DNA of 64,000 nt, taken from NCBI GenBank assembly GCA_963811165.1, contig CAWEQH010000010.1:544001-608000 (forward strand). The letters run 5' to 3'. This document shows, piece after piece, positions 59,510 to 64,000 of this stretch. Under the pieces are notes generated by a model, which had not been told where the DNA came from, did not search any database, and saw only the letters and a list, made by a program, of their open reading frames with translations. Each line of letters starts with the position of its first letter. The stretch's first letter is position 1. Origin of the DNA: an uncultured Nitrospiraceae bacterium (GTDB taxonomy: Bacteria; Nitrospirota; Thermodesulfovibrionia; Thermodesulfovibrionales; UBA6898). Both the position numbers and the translations under genes were made by a program.

Positions 59510-60522
59510 GTTCTGCCACGTCAATAATGCAGACGAAATTAACTAAAAGTAATAAATTGTGCAACAAAAAAGTTATGAAAACTAAACCGGCTGTGAGGGT
59601 TTTAATCGTTGTTGTATGTGTAATCGGCGTCTTGGTCGCATCCAGTTCCTGCAGGCCTGTCGGCAAATCAACCGGTGACGGATATTATAAAGTAAGGGTT
59701 ATCACGACGCTTTTTCCCCTGTACGATATGGCCAAAAATATCGGAGCAGAGAAAGCGGAAGTGTCTTTGCTCCTGCCTCCTGGTGTGGAGCCCCATTCGT
59801 TCGAACCAACGCCCGGAGATATTGTAAAAATCAACGAAGCCGATGTTTTCGTCTATACCGGAAAATTCATGGAGCCGTGGGCGGAAGGGATCATAAAGGG
59901 GGTTGTAAGCAAGGATCTTATCGTGGTGGATGCCAGCCGCGGTACGAAAATGATTCCCGGGGTGTTTCATGACGAAGACGAGGCGGCAGGATCGCCGGAC
60001 CCGCACATATGGCTGGACTTTGACAACGCCAAAATCATGCTCGGAAACATCTTAAAGGCCTTTCAGACAAAAGACAGCGCCGACAAGGGCTTTTATGAAC
60101 GGACGGCCAACGCCTACCTGGGCACATTGACTGAACTGGATTCTGCATATAAGTCCGCCCTGGCCTCATGCAAAAAGAAAGAAATCATCTACGCCGGGCA
60201 CTATGCCTTCGGTTATCTGGCGAATCGTTACGGCATCAAATATCTCGCCGCTCAAGGCGTATCACCTGACGCCGAGCCCACAGCCAAAGACTTAGGCATG
60301 CTGGTAGAACAAATCAAGAAAGACAAGGTCAAATATATTTATTATGAGGAATTGACCAGCCCCAAGATTGCGGAAACCATTGCAGGTGAAACTCACGCCA
60401 AACTGCTGCTGCTTAACGCGGCCCATAATTTGACCAGGGACCAGTTTGAAAGGGGCATCTCTTTCTTCGAGATACTCAGGAACGACCTCGACAACCTGAA
60501 GATCGGACTTGAATGCCGCTAG
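59506..60522 (+). CDS. znuA: Zn/Mn ABC transporter substrate-binding protein
   Basis: EPHSFEP, DPHIWLD, HYAFGYLA; start uncertain. Confidence 0.88.
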   Translation: MSSATSIMQTKLTKSNKLCNKKVMKTKPAVRVLIVVVCVIGVLVASSSCRPVGKSTGDGYYKVRVITTLFPLYDMAKNIGAEKAEVSLLLPPGVEPHSFEPTPGDIVKINEADVFVYTGKFMEPWAEGIIKGVVSKDLIVVDASRGTKMIPGVFHDEDEAAGSPDPHIWLDFDNAKIMLGNILKAFQTKDSADKGFYERTANAYLGTLTELDSAYKSALASCKKKEIIYAGHYAFGYLANRYGIKYLAAQGVSPDAEPTAKDLGMLVEQIKKDKVKYIYYEELTSPKIAETIAGETHAKLLLLNAAHNLTRDQFERGISFFEILRNDLDNLKIGLECR

Positions 60523-60550
60523 GCGCCTGGAGAGTCTTACCAACGCTGAA

Positions 60551-61012
60551 TCATCTGCGGTCCTGAAAAAACCTCTTGAGCAGCGAGGCGCATTCGTCCT
60601 CGAACAGACCCGACATAACCTCAACCTGATGGTTCAATCTGGCGTCGCCCAAAATCCCATAGAGACTATCGACCCCTCCGGCCTTCGGGTCCCTGCACCC
60701 ATATACCAGTCTCGTTATCCTTGCATTCACGATCGCTCCGGCACACATGATGCAAGGCTCCTTCGTGACGTACAGCGTTGTGCCCGATAGTCTCCAGCTG
60801 TCGGAATCCTTCGTGCCCGACCTAAGGGCAAGGATTTCCGCATGCGCCGAGGGGTCCTTCATACATTCCCTGAGGTTATGCGCGCGGTGAATCACTTTCC
60901 CCTCTTTAACGAGTACCGCACCTACAGGGACCTCGCCTTTTTCGAAGGCCACCTGCGCCTCCCTAAGGGCCATCCTCATAAAATTCAGATCTTCATCGAG
61001 TCCACTTCTCAT
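60551..61012 (-). CDS. tadA: tRNA adenosine(34) deaminase
   Basis: GEVPVGAV, DPSAHAE, EPC.MC.GA, RLNH. Confidence 0.95.
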   Translation of the reverse strand: MRSGLDEDLNFMRMALREAQVAFEKGEVPVGAVLVKEGKVIHRAHNLRECMKDPSAHAEILALRSGTKDSDSWRLSGTTLYVTKEPCIMCAGAIVNARITRLVYGCRDPKAGGVDSLYGILGDARLNHQVEVMSGLFEDECASLLKRFFQDRR

Positions 61013-61137
61013 CAGCAGGGAATTATACCATTTTTTATGCGTGCCCAAAGGGATAGATACCCGGTAAAAATAACGGTTGAGAACTGCGCCCGGATAGAGG
61101 ACAATTGAACCATACCATTTTACGGGGGATTTCACTT

Positions 61138-61518
61138 ATGACGCTTAAGTACTTATTTTTCGGCCAGTACCTTCATAAGAAAGGGCTCATAACCATTGAA
61201 CAGATCTTTCAGGCAAGGATGCTGCAGAAGAAAACCAACCTGAAGATCGGAGAACTTGCCGTAAATAAGGGCTGGCTCACCGCCGATGACATCGAAAAAA
61301 TCCTCATCGTTCAGGAAGAGACCTTAGAGAAATTCGGAGAGGTAGCAGTCAAGACCGGTCATCTGAGTGAAACACAAGTCGAAGATCTCCTTGCAGACCA
61401 AAAGGAAAAATACGTTTCTTTTGGGGAAGCGCTCGTCGAACTCGGCCTTATTACCGAAAAGCTGCTTATCGAGAACATAAAGGAATTCAACACCTTGCGG
61501 GCAAAAAATTTCATCTAG
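61138..61518 (+). CDS. Small protein made of four tandem MshEN-like repeats
   Basis: FFGQYL..KGLIT, KIGELAV.KGWLT, KFGEVAV..GHLS, SFGEALV.LGLIT. Confidence 0.75.
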   Translation: MTLKYLFFGQYLHKKGLITIEQIFQARMLQKKTNLKIGELAVNKGWLTADDIEKILIVQEETLEKFGEVAVKTGHLSETQVEDLLADQKEKYVSFGEALVELGLITEKLLIENIKEFNTLRAKNFI

Positions 61519-61526
61519 GCGGATTA

Positions 61527-62498
61527 TTATCTGACAAAAAATAATGTTTTTGCAGCGAAAAGAACATCACTGACCTCTACGGCATTTAGACAACGGACGT
61601 CCGAACACTGTCGACGGTCCCTGTCGGAGCAAGGAACGCATGGATAATCCGGCATAACAATCTTCACATGCCTTCCCACAGGCCCCCAAATCTTCGGGTC
61701 GGTAGGGCCGAAGACCGCTATCGTCGGCGTTCCAAGCACCGAAGCCAGATGCGTGATCCCTGAATCATTGCCTATATGAAGGGACGATGCCTTCAGGAGC
61801 GTAGCGATATACGAAACCGGCCTGCCCTCGATAATCACGGCATCCAAGTTATTGGCGGAAATGAACCGATCGGTCGTTTCGTGCAGTTCACGGCCTTCGG
61901 CAGGGCCGAGTATGCAGTAAAAATAAAACCTCTTTTCCTTATCAAGCAATTTCATCAATTCCAGAAACTTCTCTAAAGGCCAGCACTTCTTTTTTCCGCC
62001 ACTTCCCGGGTGGATTGTTATGACCGGCTTTTCACCATGAACACCCGAAAGAAAGGGACTTGCCTTAAGAAGCGGCATTTCTTTTCCATACGTCCCTGAT
62101 TGCGTTAGTTGTTTCATCTGTGAAGCCGATACATGCATCACCCGACCGACCGGCGCGGCTGTCGAGATAAAAAAACATTCCCGGATATGTTTCCCGAGAT
62201 TTTCCGCAAAAACCTCATCCGTCTTCTTCATGAAGATAAAGGCGTTACTGAATTTTTCGAGAAAGTCCGCAGCCCGGGGCGATACAGGACCACTGACGAA
62301 GAAATCGGCGAAGAGTCCATGATCGATGGAGGATACTTCATCGGCCAACCGGTTTTCAATGAGGATATCGGCTATGTCCGTCCTCGATATGAGATGAAGG
62401 TAGGCTGCCCTTCCGCCCGCTTTGAGAGCCTTGAGGACAGGCAGCGACAGAATGAGGTCGCCGAGTGCACCCTGGTGCCAAACGAGGGAACGTGTCAT
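61527..62498 (-). CDS. Glycosyltransferase family 9 (heptosyltransferase-like)
   Basis: GALGD, HPGSG..KCWP, GNDSGITHLA..GTPTIAVFGPT. Confidence 0.9.
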   Translation of the reverse strand: MTRSLVWHQGALGDLILSLPVLKALKAGGRAAYLHLISRTDIADILIENRLADEVSSIDHGLFADFFVSGPVSPRAADFLEKFSNAFIFMKKTDEVFAENLGKHIRECFFISTAAPVGRVMHVSASQMKQLTQSGTYGKEMPLLKASPFLSGVHGEKPVITIHPGSGGKKKCWPLEKFLELMKLLDKEKRFYFYCILGPAEGRELHETTDRFISANNLDAVIIEGRPVSYIATLLKASSLHIGNDSGITHLASVLGTPTIAVFGPTDPKIWGPVGRHVKIVMPDYPCVPCSDRDRRQCSDVRCLNAVEVSDVLFAAKTLFFVR

Positions 62499-62530
62499 GG
62501 CGGGCTGTTCCTTTAGGCCGGACAAAAAAA

Positions 62531-63517
62531 TTATAGTATTTCGAGCATCCTGTCGAGGGCCCTCTTCGCAGGAACTCTGATATGCTCCGGGACCTTGACT
62601 AAGTAAGTATTTTCCTGAAAAGCCCTCAGGACACTCTTTAAGGTAGTTTTTTTCATGTTAGGACATATCATGTCCTTCCTGATAGGATAAAACAATTTTT
62701 CAGGGTTTTCCTTCCTCAACCTGTGCATAAGCCCTATCTCGGTCCCAACGATAAATTCACCCGCGGGGGAAGCCTTCGCGAACCTGAGCATCCCGGAGGT
62801 ACTTGTGACATGGTCCGCTTTTTCAAGAACTTCTATCCGGCATTCGGGATGTGCCATGATAAGCGCCTTGGGATATGCGGCCCTGGCCATATCCACGTCG
62901 TTCGGAGTTACCCTTTCGTGCACATTACAGTAGCCGTCCCATGCGATCACCCTCTTTTTCGTGTTTTTTTGCGCCCATACCGAAAGGTTCTTGTCCGGTA
63001 TGCAGATGACCTCGTCGCCGGGAAGGGACTCCACCACCCTGACGACGTTTGCAGACGTGCAGCATATATCGCTTTCGGCCTTTATGTCGGCGGTAGTATT
63101 TACGTAGGCTACGACCGGGACGCCCGGATATTTCTTTTTTATGTCCCGCAGGGAAAATTCCGGAGGATACACGTAGGGAGGCGGGTTGTCAAAACCCGGG
63201 AAGCCCTTTCTCACAGGCCTCGGCGAATCCACATGGATCATGTCCGCCATGGGACAGAGCGCAGCACGCTCCGGCAGCAGCACCACCTTGTCCGGTGATA
63301 GGATGGAAGCGCTTTCTGCCATGAAGTTGACCCCGCAAAAAACGATCATGCCGCAGTCGATCGTCGCCGCCGTTTTAGAAAGCTCCAGCGAATCGCCGAC
63401 AAAATCGGCAATGTCCTGCACCTCTTCCCTCTGGTAATTATGCGCGAGGATGATCGCGCGTTTCTCTTCCTTTAGCTTCAGAATCTGTTCCTGAAGAGCC
63501 GACATATCCGGAGACAT
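62531..63517 (-). CDS. nadA: Quinolinate synthase
   Basis: LAHNYQ, GDSL, CPMA, YVNT, CCTSAN, C.VH, AHPEC, CPNMK. Confidence 0.96.
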   Translation of the reverse strand: MSPDMSALQEQILKLKEEKRAIILAHNYQREEVQDIADFVGDSLELSKTAATIDCGMIVFCGVNFMAESASILSPDKVVLLPERAALCPMADMIHVDSPRPVRKGFPGFDNPPPYVYPPEFSLRDIKKKYPGVPVVAYVNTTADIKAESDICCTSANVVRVVESLPGDEVICIPDKNLSVWAQKNTKKRVIAWDGYCNVHERVTPNDVDMARAAYPKALIMAHPECRIEVLEKADHVTSTSGMLRFAKASPAGEFIVGTEIGLMHRLRKENPEKLFYPIRKDMICPNMKKTTLKSVLRAFQENTYLVKVPEHIRVPAKRALDRMLEIL

Positions 63518-64000
63518 CAAAATCTGGCTTTGCCTGTTTTCGTAAAGGATGAATTTGTGAAAAGGACGGTACCGTCGTCGAGGACGACTTTATAGATCCG
63601 TACCGGTTCGGGGACCGCGCTCGCCTGTTTAGTGGAGTCCGAAAAACTATAGCTGCCTTTCCCCTTGAAAAGAGAAATAATCTTTTTCACGTACTGCCTC
63701 GTCTCGGAGATCGGCGGGACGTTGCCGTATTTCTCGACGGTCTTTGGCCCGGCATTATATGCGGCAAGTGCGAGGGTGAGGTCCCCGTTAAACTTTTCGA
63801 GCAGCTGTTTGAGATATTTTGTGCCACCCTCGATGTTTTCTTCGGGGTTAAAGGGGTTTACCACGTTCATGTCATACGCAGTGGAAGGCATAAGCTGCAT
63901 AAGTCCCATTGCGCCCTTCTTCGATACGGCGCGGTGGTTCCCGTTAGACTCCGTCTTGATTACCGCATGGATCAGGTCCGGTTCGATCTCGTACTTCGCG
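63517..64000 (-). CDS. Lytic transglycosylase (SLT domain), 5' end outside window
   Basis: AVIKTES..AVS.KGAMGLMQLMP, LALAAYNAG, ETRQYV. Confidence 0.92.
   Translation of the reverse strand, partial: AKYEIEPDLIHAVIKTESNGNHRAVSKKGAMGLMQLMPSTAYDMNVVNPFNPEENIEGGTKYLKQLLEKFNGDLTLALAAYNAGPKTVEKYGNVPPISETRQYVKKIISLFKGKGSYSFSDSTKQASAVPEPVRIYKVVLDDGTVLFTNSSFTKTGKARF

Overview
64 kb of a bacterial chromosome. Gene content and style (RomR-like gene beside valS, MetFV, multiheme cytochrome, PilT/MshEN proteins, IPTL-CTERM signal) suggest an anaerobic Nitrospirota/Thermodesulfovibrionia-like or deltaproteobacteria-like organism; this is an inference. Bases 1-40 kb and 57.4-64 kb are mostly housekeeping genes: metF/metV with a fused GltD-like/ferredoxin/MvhD oxidoreductase, uup, ettA, psd, ilvC, mnmA, bioB/bioW, nadA/nadC, valS, tsaB/rimI, zur-znuCBA and tadA. 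They also hold a 1127-aa double beta-propeller surface protein and a frameshifted GH43 gene. The most striking structure is a ~17 kb genomic island (40135-57293) inserted at the 5' END of tRNA-Ser(CGA). It is bounded by a 22-bp direct repeat of the tRNA 5' end, and both copies follow a TTGTCA-N18-TATAAT promoter. Its right end is a tandem array of three diverged ~88-bp units, each made of paired TCACGTT sites, an IHF-like site overlapping a promoter, and the first ~16-21 nt of the tRNA. No intact integrase is present. The cargo is a Na+/K+ homeostasis module: nhaA, a stand-alone KimA-like cytosolic domain, small membrane peptides, kdpFABC, a degenerate P-II protein between two duplicated Fis-type HTH genes, a porin, and an orphan KdpE lacking its invariant Lys. 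Three intact toxin-antitoxin pairs and gene wreckage follow. Several intergenic regions form long hairpins, and many core genes look leaderless. All calls come from reading the sequence; no database searches were run.
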